A DNA stretch of 28,067 bases from Candidatus Shapirobacteria bacterium CG09_land_8_20_14_0_10_38_17 (GCA_002774085.1 PEZH01000010.1:1-28067), one strand, 5' to 3'; positions 16,189-25,374 are shown, counted from the first letter of the stretch. Program-made: numbers and translations. The notes: generated by a model not told the origin, from the letters alone.

Positions 16189-17205
16189 ATGGATAAAGAA
16201 AATTTATTAAACAGATCAGCTTTGTTAAAAGAGAAATTGGATATTGATGGAAAAAGAAGGGAATTAGCGGAGCTATCGAATAAAATTCAAGATCAAAAGA
16301 TATGGGACGATTATCAAAAAGGAGCGGCATTGTCTAAGAAAATAGCTTTTTTAAAAGAAGAGATAGATTCTTGGGAAATGGCTGAGTTGTTTTTAGAAGG
16401 GGGAGAATTGAAAAATGCTGAGGAAGAGATTAGTAAATTAGAACAAAAGCTTTATTTTTCTGGGAAATACGATCGCGGCGGGGCGATTTTTTCTATTCAG
16501 GCCGGTCAAGGGGGGACCGAGGCGATGGATTGGGCGGAGATGTTAGAACGGATGTATACCCGTTTTTTCGAAAGAAAGGGTTGGCGAACTGAGGTTTTGG
16601 ATAAATCGTATGGAGAGGAAGCGGGCATAAAAAAGGTTGTGATGAAAGTAAGCGGCGGAGATGTTTACGGGACATTAAAGCATGAGCAGGGCGCTCATCG
16701 TTTAGTTCGTCAATCGCCATTTAATGCCGATAAGCTACGACAGACTTCTTTTGCTCGCGTTGAGGTTTTACCGGAGTTGCGGGAAGAGGATTTAGTCATT
16801 GACCACAAGGATATTAAGTTTGAATCTTTTCGGGCCGGCGGCCATGGGGGCCAAAATGTTAATAAGGTAGCGACAGCAGTGCGATTACGTCATATTCCTA
16901 CGGGTATTGTCGTCGCTTGCCAGTCACAGCGATATCAGGAGCAAAATCGGCAGTTGGCGATGGATTTGCTGCGTAATAAACTTTGGGTGATTGCTGAAGA
17001 GGAGAAAAAGCAAAAAAAGGCAAAGTTGCGGGGGCAGTACCGTCCCCCCAGTTGGGGTCGACAAATTCGTTCCTATGTTCTCCACCCCTATAAAATGGTT
17101 AAAGATTTGCGGACCGGATATGAAGATAAAAACGTGGAAGCAGTTTTAAGAGGAGAGTTAGAAGGTTTTATTGAAGTGGAAATTAAGACGTTGGCAAAGA
17201 ATTAA
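16189..17205 (+). CDS. prfB: peptide chain release factor 2 (no programmed frameshift)
   Basis: [25 protein letters not shown] (SPF), [10 protein letters not shown] (GGQ), [10 protein letters not shown]. The ORF-track N-terminal extension comes from the REP; ATG 16189 preferred. Confidence 0.96.
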   Translation: MDKENLLNRSALLKEKLDIDGKRRELAELSNKIQDQKIWDDYQKGAALSKKIAFLKEEIDSWEMAELFLEGGELKNAEEEISKLEQKLYFSGKYDRGGAIFSIQAGQGGTEAMDWAEMLERMYTRFFERKGWRTEVLDKSYGEEAGIKKVVMKVSGGDVYGTLKHEQGAHRLVRQSPFNADKLRQTSFARVEVLPELREEDLVIDHKDIKFESFRAGGHGGQNVNKVATAVRLRHIPTGIVVACQSQRYQEQNRQLAMDLLRNKLWVIAEEEKKQKKAKLRGQYRPPSWGRQIRSYVLHPYKMVKDLRTGYEDKNVEAVLRGELEGFIEVEIKTLAKN

Positions 17206-17235
17206 TAATATGATATATTGATATTGATAAGGAAT

Positions 17236-17703
17236 ATGGAGGAGGAAAACTTGTCGATTCACCAGTTAAAGAGTGAGCCGCTACCGAGACGGGGGGATGT
17301 GAAGGAGAAAGTAATTTTAGGAGTGGCTTTTTTAATTATTATTGGCGGAGGAATTTTTAGTGGCAAATTTTTGGCGGAGAAGCGGAGTTCTTCTAATTCT
17401 AAAGAATTGGCCAAGGGAAGTGTATCTCAAGAGGAAATAAAGAAGGGGGAGGAATTTGGTCTTAAAGATAAAGAGGCTTTTAAAGATGTGGCGACAGGAG
17501 TTTTGAAAGAAGGGGGAGTAGATGGTGAAGGGACTCATCATTTAGAACGCGAGGGGGGAGTTTCCCAGAACGTTTATTTAACTTCCTCAGTTTTAAATTT
17601 GCAACAATTTGTGGAGCGAAAAGTCCAAATTTGGGGAGAAACCTTTACCGCTCAGAAAGCGGGTTGGCTTATGGATGTGGGTAAATTAAAAGTTTTGGAT
17701 TAA
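17236..17703 (+). CDS. conserved-looking membrane-anchored hypothetical protein
   Basis: Single TM (VILGVAFLIIIGGGIFSG) and C-terminal beta-rich domain GEGTHHLEREGGVSQNVYLTSS...KVQIWGETF; SD aagga at 17229-17233. Confidence 0.8.
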   Translation: MEEENLSIHQLKSEPLPRRGDVKEKVILGVAFLIIIGGGIFSGKFLAEKRSSSNSKELAKGSVSQEEIKKGEEFGLKDKEAFKDVATGVLKEGGVDGEGTHHLEREGGVSQNVYLTSSVLNLQQFVERKVQIWGETFTAQKAGWLMDVGKLKVLD

Positions 17704-17710
17704 ATATGGT

Positions 17711-18409
17711 ATGCCTAAAAGCAAGGAAAAACCAATTATCAAAATTGATAAAGTGTCAAAAGAGTTTGGCTCTCTTGCTGTTTTAAAGGAAATTAGTTTT
17801 AATATTTATCCTCGTGAGTTTCTTTTTTTAATTGGTCCGTCGGGAGCAGGCAAAACCACTCTGTTTCGTTTATTGACCCATGAGATTGTTCCCACACAAG
17901 GAGAGATACTTTTTGATGATATAAAGGTTTCTGGGAAGCTGGCGGGAAGGCAATTGTGTGAATTGCGGCGGCGAGTGGGGAGAGTATTTCAAGATTTAAA
18001 GCTTATTGGGGATAAAACAGTGGCGGAGAATATAGAGTTAATTTTTGATATTCTTGGGATAGATAGGAAAAGAGCTTTTGAGGAAAGTCAAAAACTGCTT
18101 GATTTGGTAGGATTGAATGAACGGGCAGATCTTTTCCCATCCCAATTATCCGAGGGTGAAAAACAACGAGTTGGTATTGCCAGGACTTTGGTGGGACAAC
18201 CTGACGTGTTATTGGTTGATGAACCCACCAGTAATTTAGATCCGGCCACTTCTTGGCAAATTATAGAAATGTTGCGAGATATTAACAATAAAGGAACGGC
18301 GGTGGTGATTGCTACCCATGATGAAGATATTGTTAGCTCATTAAAAGTACGGGTAATAGAAATTGATAAAGGGAAACTGGTACGTGATGAGAAGAGGGGG
18401 AAATATTAA
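17711..18409 (+). CDS. ftsE: cell division ATP-binding protein FtsE
   Basis: GPSGAGKTT, RRRVGRVFQDLKL, DEPTSNLDP, IATHD; directly upstream of ftsX. Confidence 0.88.
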   Translation: MPKSKEKPIIKIDKVSKEFGSLAVLKEISFNIYPREFLFLIGPSGAGKTTLFRLLTHEIVPTQGEILFDDIKVSGKLAGRQLCELRRRVGRVFQDLKLIGDKTVAENIELIFDILGIDRKRAFEESQKLLDLVGLNERADLFPSQLSEGEKQRVGIARTLVGQPDVLLVDEPTSNLDPATSWQIIEMLRDINNKGTAVVIATHDEDIVSSLKVRVIEIDKGKLVRDEKRGKY

Positions 18410-18424
18410 TATAATCAATAAATT

Positions 18425-19312
18425 ATGACCGCCCTAAAAACTGCTTTAAGTCATATTCGTCGTTCTCCCTACCAATCGACTTTGGTGATTTTGACGCTGA
18501 CATTTTCTTTCTTTTTAATTTCCGGTTTTACTGTTTTATCTTTTGCTTCTCAACAGGCTTTGAGTTTTTTTGAGGGCAAGCCGCAGGTAATTGCCTATTT
18601 AAGTGATAAGGCTACTTCGGAACAAATTTTAGCTCTTAAAGATAAACTTAGTGCTACCGGTAAGACTAAGGAAGTTAAATATGTATCTAAGGAAGATGCT
18701 TTGAAGATTTATCAAGAAGCCAATCGGGATAATCCCTTGCTTTTGGAGATGGTTAGTGCCGATATTTTACCTGCCAGTTTGGAAATTTCCGCCACTGATA
18801 TTTCTTATCTTAAAGATTTAGCCGATACTTTAGAACACGAGGAGATTATCTCGGTTTCTGAAGGAGGGAAAAAAGAAATTGATTTTCAGGAGGATATCGC
18901 TCAATCTTTGCGCCGCTGGACACAATCAATTCGTAAAGTCGGCTTAGGATTGGAGGGATTTTTAGCATTAGAGTGTTTTTTGTTAATTTTAGTGGTTACC
19001 TCGATGAAAATTGCCCTGCGGCGTGATGAGATAGAAATTGTTCGCCTTTTAGGCGGTTCCTCCTGGTATGCTCGGGTGCCATTTTTGTTAGAAGGGATAA
19101 TTTATGGGTTTTTAGGGGCACTTTCAGGGTTTTCAATAATGTATCTTGTTCTTACGCAGATTGCTCCTCTGGCGGCGAGTTTTTTGGGTGAAGTAAATGT
19201 TTTTCCGCTTTCGCAGGAATTTTTGTTGGCTCTTTTGGGTTCTACTCTTCTTTTTTCCTCTTTACTTTGCGGGCTGGCTAGCTTCTCGGCAACAAAAAGA
19301 TATTTAAAGTAA
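18425..19312 (+). CDS. ftsX: cell division permease FtsX
   Basis: VKYVSKEDAL, NPLL..LPASLEI, RRDEIEIVRLLGGSSWYARVPFLLEG; four TM segments. Confidence 0.92.
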   Translation: MTALKTALSHIRRSPYQSTLVILTLTFSFFLISGFTVLSFASQQALSFFEGKPQVIAYLSDKATSEQILALKDKLSATGKTKEVKYVSKEDALKIYQEANRDNPLLLEMVSADILPASLEISATDISYLKDLADTLEHEEIISVSEGGKKEIDFQEDIAQSLRRWTQSIRKVGLGLEGFLALECFLLILVVTSMKIALRRDEIEIVRLLGGSSWYARVPFLLEGIIYGFLGALSGFSIMYLVLTQIAPLAASFLGEVNVFPLSQEFLLALLGSTLLFSSLLCGLASFSATKRYLK

Positions 19313-19320
19313 ATATCTGG

Positions 19321-19480
19321 AAAAACTAAAAGCTAAAAACTAAAAAGAATGAAGAGGATAAATAATGGGTAAAATTTGAAAATCTTAAATCCAAAATCTC
19401 AAATTTAAAAAACTAAAGGCTAAGCGTTTGAAACGTTTGAGTTATAATTCATATTAATACCTCAAACCTCAAATAATCCA
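19321..19480. repeat. degenerate 7-mer patches
   Basis: aaaactaaaagctaaaaactaaaa; aaatttgaaaatcttaaatccaaaatctcaaattt; tttgaaacgtttgag versus ctcaaacctcaaa. Confidence 0.55.
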
Positions 19481-19494
19481 AGCATTATTTTACC

Positions 19495-19554
19495 GTCATT
19501 CTGACGAAAGTCAGAATCATTCTTAAGACGATCCTGAAACAAGTTCAGGATGAC
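19495..19554. repeat. single 60-bp REP/RPE-like unit
   Basis: gtcattctgacgaaagtcagaatcattcttaagacgatcctgaaacaagttcaggatgac, flanked acc/ggt extending the inverted repeat. Confidence 0.9.
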
Positions 19555-19642
19555 GGTTAAAGTATCCCGCTGTGGTGAGGCAACATCTCTTATCTAATAT
19601 CTCTTTTTTTATCTATATTTCTATATTATTACTCCTTTACCC

Positions 19643-19671
19643 TTGCAGATTGGCTTCTAATTAGGTAATCT
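19643..19671 (+). promoter_or_regulatory. sigma70-like promoter
   Basis: TTGCAG-17 nt-TAATCT upstream of ATG 19704. Confidence 0.55.
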
Positions 19672-19703
19672 TTTATATAGATAAAGATTATTTTTTTAAG
19701 ATA

Positions 19704-20891
19704 ATGAAAAAGAAAATTTGGGTTTTGCTTTTATCTTTTTTAGTTTTAGCAGTCCTTGTTATTTCCCCTTTGTCGGTTGGGGCTGATGAGGCTAGTGATT
19801 TAGAGGACAAGATTGCCGACCTTCAGCAAAAGATTAGCGAAACTCAAGAAAAAAAGAGAACTCTTTCTTCGCAGATTGAGTTGACAAATCAAAAAATTTA
19901 TTTAATTCAACTTCAAATCTCTCAAACCAAAAATCAAATTAGTACCCTTGAAGAGGAGATTGAGGACTTATCCGGGAAGATAGAAAAATTAGATATTTCC
20001 TTAGATAAGGTTTCTCAAATATTGCTGCAGCGGATAGTGGAAACTTATAAAAAAGGCCAATTAGAGCCTAGTTTATTTTTGTTTAGTGCTGATAATGCCG
20101 GCCAATTTTTAAGAAATTATAAGTATATTCAAGAGGTGCAAAAGCATGACAAAATGCTGATGTTGGCCTTAGAAGAAGCCAAACAAAATTTTGACACCCA
20201 GAAGAGTCTTAAAGAAGAAAAGCAAGAAAAATTAGAAGAGCTAAAAAAACAGTTAGGGGAACAAAATACTGCTCTTGATCTCCAAAGGAAGGAAAAAGAA
20301 TATCTCTTAGAAGTGACTAAAAATGATGAAGTTCGTTATCAGCAGTTATTAGCTGAAGCGCAGCGAGAATTATCAAAGCTGCTTTCTTTTACTACAAAAA
20401 GAGTAGGGGTTTTTGGCTCTTATTGCGCTGGCGAATTTTCTAGCGGTGAGACAGGTTGGTTTTTTAGCCAAAGAGATTCTCGCTGGTGTAGTAGTTTAAT
20501 TGGAAATTCTGACATGACAATAGGTAAGGTAGGTTGCCTTATTTGTAGTACGGCAATGGTCAATAAAAGTAGGGGTGTTGATATTACTCCTCTGGGCGTA
20601 GCCAATAATCCATTTTTCTTTGTTCCGGGAACGGCTTATATGCTTTGGCCTTTTCCTTCTTTTGTTAGTCAACACTTTACAGGAATACTCAAATCAGAAA
20701 TTGATAGTCAACTGGGGGAAAGTAATCCGGTAATTGTTCATCTCAATTTGGGGGGCGATGGCCATTGGATTGTTTTGATTAAAAAAGACGGTAATGATTA
20801 TTTAATTAATGATCCTTGGGAAGGTCCAGATAAGAGATTGAACGACTACTATAGTTGGGCAGTAATTGATAGAGCCTATACTTTAAAATAA
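19704..20891 (+). CDS. secreted coiled-coil protein with C-terminal C39-like (papain-fold) peptidase domain; putative FtsEX-linked cell wall hydrolase
   Basis: Signal peptide, about 200-aa coiled coil resembling PcsB/EnvC, then FSQRDSRW...GCLICSTAM...GHWIVL...INDPW (Cys-His-Asp). Confidence 0.8.
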   Translation: MKKKIWVLLLSFLVLAVLVISPLSVGADEASDLEDKIADLQQKISETQEKKRTLSSQIELTNQKIYLIQLQISQTKNQISTLEEEIEDLSGKIEKLDISLDKVSQILLQRIVETYKKGQLEPSLFLFSADNAGQFLRNYKYIQEVQKHDKMLMLALEEAKQNFDTQKSLKEEKQEKLEELKKQLGEQNTALDLQRKEKEYLLEVTKNDEVRYQQLLAEAQRELSKLLSFTTKRVGVFGSYCAGEFSSGETGWFFSQRDSRWCSSLIGNSDMTIGKVGCLICSTAMVNKSRGVDITPLGVANNPFFFVPGTAYMLWPFPSFVSQHFTGILKSEIDSQLGESNPVIVHLNLGGDGHWIVLIKKDGNDYLINDPWEGPDKRLNDYYSWAVIDRAYTLK

Positions 20892-20920
20892 AGATTAAGT
20901 AGATAGTAATTTCTGCTAGT

Positions 20921-21418
20921 TTAATTATGGTGGGGAAGAGTTTGTGGTAGATTTGAAGCCAATTGGGGTGCCCATTTGTCTTTCCAAAGAACTAATATTG
21001 CCTCGGTGGGCTGGAATTGGGGGTTAGTATTTTCAGGGTTTTCATTTTTAATCAGTGTATTTAAGTCGTTGACGGCAGCGGATATTATTTGAGCTCTTTC
21101 GGGATTTACTTGTTTTTCTATCTTTTCGGTTTTTTCTTCTAAGCGGGATATTCCTTCAGTTAAGGAGAGAAGTAATTCAGCTTTTTCGGTAGAGTATAGA
21201 TCTTTTGGATTGGCAAAAATGGCAAAATGAGTTTTGTTTCTTAACAGCTCTTTAGCTAAGTATAAATTAAGCATTTCTCTTTCTTCTTTATTGCTTAAGC
21301 CTAATTCTTGGTCAAGATAAAATTGGGCGTTTATCATTCTTGCTTTTGCCAAGAAAGATACGGAAAAGATATAGCCATCACTTTTTTCTGGGTACGGAAA
21401 TTCTCTTTCTTGATACAT
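20921..21418 (-). CDS. hypothetical protein (165 aa)
   Basis: Long open frame filling the gap; extended -10 TGgTATAAT ends 6 nt before its ATG. Confidence 0.7.
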   Translation of the reverse strand: MYQEREFPYPEKSDGYIFSVSFLAKARMINAQFYLDQELGLSNKEEREMLNLYLAKELLRNKTHFAIFANPKDLYSTEKAELLLSLTEGISRLEEKTEKIEKQVNPERAQIISAAVNDLNTLIKNENPENTNPQFQPTEAILVLWKDKWAPQLASNLPQTLPHHN

Positions 21419-21509
21419 ACTTGGATTATACCACCTTTTCGTTTAATTTGGTATTATAGGATTTTTTTTGAATAAGAAAGTGATTATTTGTTTTGATTTT
21501 TAAATACTT

Positions 21510-21550
21510 ATATGCTTCATAGCATATCACTAACATGCTATGAAGCATAT
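21510..21550. promoter_or_regulatory. paired inverted operator-like palindromes
   Basis: atatgcttcatagcat (21510-21525) and its perfect reverse complement (21535-21550); each contains ATGCT-N4-AGCAT; TTGACA follows at 21558-21563. Confidence 0.7.
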
Positions 21551-21596
21551 TTGATACTTGACAGCTTGGTTAGTAAGACGTTATTCTCTTTTATTA

Positions 21597-22025
21597 ATGA
21601 CGCGACTGCCTAAACGCCCCCTACCTATTCCTGCCAAAGAAAAGATTCTTGAAAATTTTACTATTTTTCTAAATTCTTTAGAGGGAAGAAGAGAATTTGA
21701 TGATTTTTGTCTTTTCTTTCTTTCCCGGACAGAAAGGTTGGTGTTGGCTAAAAGACTGCAAATTGCCATTTTTCTAATTAAAGGATACGATTATCAGCGG
21801 ATAGGGAAAGCTTTAGACACGAGTGCGGGAACAATTAGCAGGATTAGTGAAATGTTAAGGAAGCAGGGGGAAATTGCCAAATTGATTGACGAAGTTTTTA
21901 TTGCTCCGCAAAAAAGAGCCAAGGAACAAGAAGAAAACGATAAAAAACTAAAAGAAGGTTCTGCTCTTTTTAAGACGCCAACTTTAGGAAAAAATTTAGA
22001 AAAAGCCATTTTCGGCGACAAATAA
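21597..22025 (+). CDS. TrpR-like (YerC/YecD family) DNA-binding protein
   Basis: FLSRTERLVLAKRLQIAIFLIKGYDYQRIGKALDTSAGTISRIS matches the TrpR-like HTH pattern; the ORF-track TTG start is part of the -35 box. Confidence 0.8.
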   Translation: MTRLPKRPLPIPAKEKILENFTIFLNSLEGRREFDDFCLFFLSRTERLVLAKRLQIAIFLIKGYDYQRIGKALDTSAGTISRISEMLRKQGEIAKLIDEVFIAPQKRAKEQEENDKKLKEGSALFKTPTLGKNLEKAIFGDK

Positions 22026-22056
22026 TTGTTTAATAGAAAAAAAAGAGTCTTTTTAT

Positions 22057-22084
22057 CACTAACATGCTTCATAGCATGTTAGTG
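22057..22084. promoter_or_regulatory. operator-like perfect 12-bp inverted repeat
   Basis: cactaacatgct-tcat-agcatgttagtg; shares atcactaacatgct-N4-agcat with 21526-21548. Confidence 0.7.
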
Positions 22085-22130
22085 GTGAGGGGTTGATAAT
22101 TAGTTCTTGTTTATTGATAAGGGGAATATT

Positions 22131-23432
22131 GTGTTTGCTAAAAGAAAATTCTTCTTTTTGCTTATTGCGGCTGTTTTCTTGCTTTCGCCGAAGGATGTTT
22201 TAGCTGCTAATTTTGGCGATGTGGTGATTAATGAGGTTTATTATGATGTTTGTAGTAAAGGTGATTGCGGAGGAGATAGAGGCGAGGAGGGGAAAAATGA
22301 GTGGGTAGAAATTTATAATTGTGGTAAAGAAGATATTAATTTGAAAGGATGGAAAATAAAAGACACTACTGATAATGAGCGGATAATAATTGAGAGCGAT
22401 TTATTTTTGTGCCCAGGGAAGTTTGCTTTAATTACTAACAATGTTTCTACTTGGAACTTTTGGGATATTCCCGGCAATGTTTTAAAAATTTCTTTAGGAG
22501 AAAATATTGGTGGAGGTTTAAATAATGAGGGGGATAAGGTAATATTAGTTCCCCCTAATAATTTTTCTGTTGAGTCTATTGAAATTGAATATGGTAAAGA
22601 GTCTCTTCCTCATGCTAAAGAAGGACATTCTTTAGAAAGGATCCCAGCGGTAACAGGCGATTTGATTGAGCAGGAAGATCCTACGCCGGGAAGAGGGATT
22701 TTTACGCTAACGCCGACGGCAACAATGTCGCCATCGCCTACGCAATTAACCCCCAGCCCCACGCTAATAACAACTCTTACGACGACTCCCGTCCTATCCC
22801 TCACATTAACTCCTACCCCCACGCCGGCTAAAGCTATCTATCAAATAAATGAAGTGAAAAATGAAGACGGCGATATTCTTTCTGCTGTTAAAATTTATAT
22901 TGATGATCAGTATATCCACCATTATGCGCCGGAAATTTTAGAATTTTGTGACGGATGTTATTGTGATGATGATAAGGAAGTAAAATGCGGTTTTGGCGAC
23001 CATACGATAAGGCTGGAAAAAAACAATTATCAGGATTGGGAAGAAGCGAAAAAAATCGGCGCTGGTGATAATCATAAGGCTGATCCAATAATGGATTTAT
23101 TATCACTAACTGCTATCCCAACCTCTAAGATAACGCCAACTTCAACAGCAACGCTAAATTCTTTAACCCTATCGCCGACCTTGACGGCTCCTCTTATTTT
23201 GCCAATGCCGTCTTTTTTTCTTCAAGTTCACTCTTTAGTGCCAAAAAATCAAGATTCGATTTCGTCGGCCTCAACTCAACCCGAAGTTTTAGGAGAACAA
23301 TCTGAGCGAAAGGGGACTTTGCCTTCATTATTATTTTGGAGCGGTGGCATTTTTTATATTGCCTTTCCGATTTATTGGCTAAGAAGGCGGTGGTATAATG
23401 ATTTTAATGAAAAAGACTTTGTTTTGGATTAA
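22131..23432 (+). CDS. surface protein: lamin-tail domain, Thr/Pro linkers, PEGA-like domain, C-terminal TM anchor
   Basis: Signal peptide; VVINEVYY...EWVEIYN...INLKGWKIKD (LTD); VKIYIDDQY...GDHTIRLEKNNY; SD aagggg before GTG 22131. Confidence 0.82.
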   Translation: MFAKRKFFFLLIAAVFLLSPKDVLAANFGDVVINEVYYDVCSKGDCGGDRGEEGKNEWVEIYNCGKEDINLKGWKIKDTTDNERIIIESDLFLCPGKFALITNNVSTWNFWDIPGNVLKISLGENIGGGLNNEGDKVILVPPNNFSVESIEIEYGKESLPHAKEGHSLERIPAVTGDLIEQEDPTPGRGIFTLTPTATMSPSPTQLTPSPTLITTLTTTPVLSLTLTPTPTPAKAIYQINEVKNEDGDILSAVKIYIDDQYIHHYAPEILEFCDGCYCDDDKEVKCGFGDHTIRLEKNNYQDWEEAKKIGAGDNHKADPIMDLLSLTAIPTSKITPTSTATLNSLTLSPTLTAPLILPMPSFFLQVHSLVPKNQDSISSASTQPEVLGEQSERKGTLPSLLFWSGGIFYIAFPIYWLRRRWYNDFNEKDFVLD

Positions 23433-23826
23433 CTATTGGTTTCCGCCCATTTTTTTAATGGCCCTTATTTTTTATTTATCTTCCTGCCCTTCCTTTGCGA
23501 TGGTCAAGAACTATTGGCTTAATTTCTTGGTTTTTAAAACCCTTCATTTTTGCGAATATGCTCTTTTGTTTATCTTGTGGTTTAGAGCTTTGAATAGTGG
23601 GGAGAAGAAAAATAGAGGCAACCAGCTTTGGGGAGCATTTGTTTTAAGTTTCTTTTGGGCGGTGATCGATGAAATTCATCAACTTTTTGTTCCCACCAGA
23701 GGGGGTAAAATCCGTGATGTTTTAATTGACACAATGGGGATATTTTTTGCCTTTTATTTAATAAAAAGAATTTTACCTAAGGCACCCGATAAATTGGTGA
23801 AATTAGTGAATAAATTGGGGATATGA
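23407..23826 (+). CDS. VanZ-like family membrane protein
   Basis: IFYLSS...KTLHFCEYALL...AVIDEIHQLFVPTRGGKIRDVLIDTMG. Confidence 0.88.
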   Translation: MKKTLFWINYWFPPIFLMALIFYLSSCPSFAMVKNYWLNFLVFKTLHFCEYALLFILWFRALNSGEKKNRGNQLWGAFVLSFFWAVIDEIHQLFVPTRGGKIRDVLIDTMGIFFAFYLIKRILPKAPDKLVKLVNKLGI

Positions 23827-24839
23827 GAGAAAAGAAAATTTTAGTTACCGGCGGCGCCGGTTATATCGGCAGTCATATGGTTAAAGCTCTTTTAGAGCAG
23901 GAATATAAGGTGGTGATTTTTGATAATTTATTTCGGGGCTATCAAGAAGTAGTTGATGTTCTTCAAAAAAAGTTTGGCACTAAAAATTTAAGTTTTTATC
24001 AGGGAGATTTGCGAAATTACGCCGATATTTCTCAAGTTTTTAAAAAAGAGCAAATTTACGGGGTAATGCATTTCGCCGCTCTTTGTTTGGTTTCCGAGTC
24101 AATGGAAGAGCCGGAAAAATATTTTGAGAATAATGTTTTAGGCACCTTAAATTTGTTAAGGGCGATGGCGCAATTTAGCGTCGGTAAATTAATTTTTTCT
24201 TCTACCTGCGCTGTTTATGGAGAAAGTCAATATTTGCCGGTTGACGAGAAGCATCCTCTCAATCCTGCCAATCCCTATGGTGAATCAAAATTAATGGCGG
24301 AGCGGGAAATTTATTGGTTTGGGCAATTAAAAGATTTGAAGTATGTAATTTTACGTTATTTTAATGTTACCGGCGCGTCTTCTGGTGGTTTAATTGGTGA
24401 TAGTAAAAAGCCTTCTCAATTATTGGTGCAAAATGCGGTGCGGGGAGCATTAAATATAGAACCGTTTCGGTTAACTTGTCCTCGGGTGGATACTGCCGAT
24501 GGCACTCCAATTCGTGATTATCTTAATGTAGAAGATTTAGCCGATGCTCATTTAAAGGCTTTGAATTATTTAATTAAAGGTGGTAAAAGTGATATTTTTA
24601 ATTTGGGCACCGGTCAAGGCAATTCGGTTTTGGAGATAGTTAGTTCTGTCCAAAAGATGATCGAAGTAAAATTTCCTGTGAGTAGGGGTAAAGCTCGTCG
24701 AGGAGAATATGCAGAAATCTATGCCAATATTGGTAAAGCTAAAAAAGCGCTTAAATGGAAGCCTGAGAAAACAATAAGCGATAGTATTTTGAGTTTAGTC
24801 AAATGGTATAAAAATAAGCCTGATGGTTGGTCGTATTAA
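23823..24839 (+). CDS. galE: UDP-glucose 4-epimerase
   Basis: LVTGGAGYIGSH, MHFAALCLVSES, FSSTCAVYG, NPYGESK, LRYFNVTGA, DGTPIRDYLNVEDLADAH, FNLGTGQG. Confidence 0.95.
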   Translation: MREKKILVTGGAGYIGSHMVKALLEQEYKVVIFDNLFRGYQEVVDVLQKKFGTKNLSFYQGDLRNYADISQVFKKEQIYGVMHFAALCLVSESMEEPEKYFENNVLGTLNLLRAMAQFSVGKLIFSSTCAVYGESQYLPVDEKHPLNPANPYGESKLMAEREIYWFGQLKDLKYVILRYFNVTGASSGGLIGDSKKPSQLLVQNAVRGALNIEPFRLTCPRVDTADGTPIRDYLNVEDLADAHLKALNYLIKGGKSDIFNLGTGQGNSVLEIVSSVQKMIEVKFPVSRGKARRGEYAEIYANIGKAKKALKWKPEKTISDSILSLVKWYKNKPDGWSY

Positions 24840-24853
24840 GATATGTATAGTGT

Positions 24854-25230
24854 ATGGGGTTATTATGTTCACTTCGTTCACACCAACCCCATGAGTATAT
24901 GAAAAGAAAGATTTAATTTCTTAATTTCCGTGAGCGTAGCGAACAAATTTCCTAATTTCAACTAATGAAACGAGCGAATTTCTTTTAATTTCTACGAGCC
25001 TCGCACCAGAACGGTGCAGGGCTCGTTGTTTCGGTTAATTCTTACCCGTCTAGACGACGAGGCTGATAATCTCTAATATCTGTTTTGATATTTGTCCGCC
25101 GGCTGGCGGATCCCCAGCTAGCCTCGCCGATGAGGCGGGCCAGCCTCATCGGCGAGGCGGGAATGACAAGTTAGCAGCAATATAGCAATGTAATTTACCT
25201 TGTCATCCTGAGAGTACTCTGAAAGATCCT
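24854..25230. repeat. cluster of at least six different palindromic units
   Basis: atggggtt/aaccccat (24854-24892); gagcgtagcgaa; acgagcc.cgcacc/ggtgc.gggctcgt (24994-25026); tccgccggctggcgga (25095-25110); gcctcgccgatgaggc/gcctcatcggcgaggc (25121-25158) inside ggatcccc...gggaatgac; gtcatcctgag..aagatcct (25202-25230). Confidence 0.8.
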
Positions 25231-25374
25231 CCTTAAAAGCGAAGCCTTTATTTTAATGTAGTAGTCACTTCAATAGAGTGTAGTAATAATTATTTTAACT
25301 GTGAAATATATTAGAAAATCTATTTTTTTAATTCTTCTTGACAATTAATTACTTAGTATTCTACACTCTTTGTT

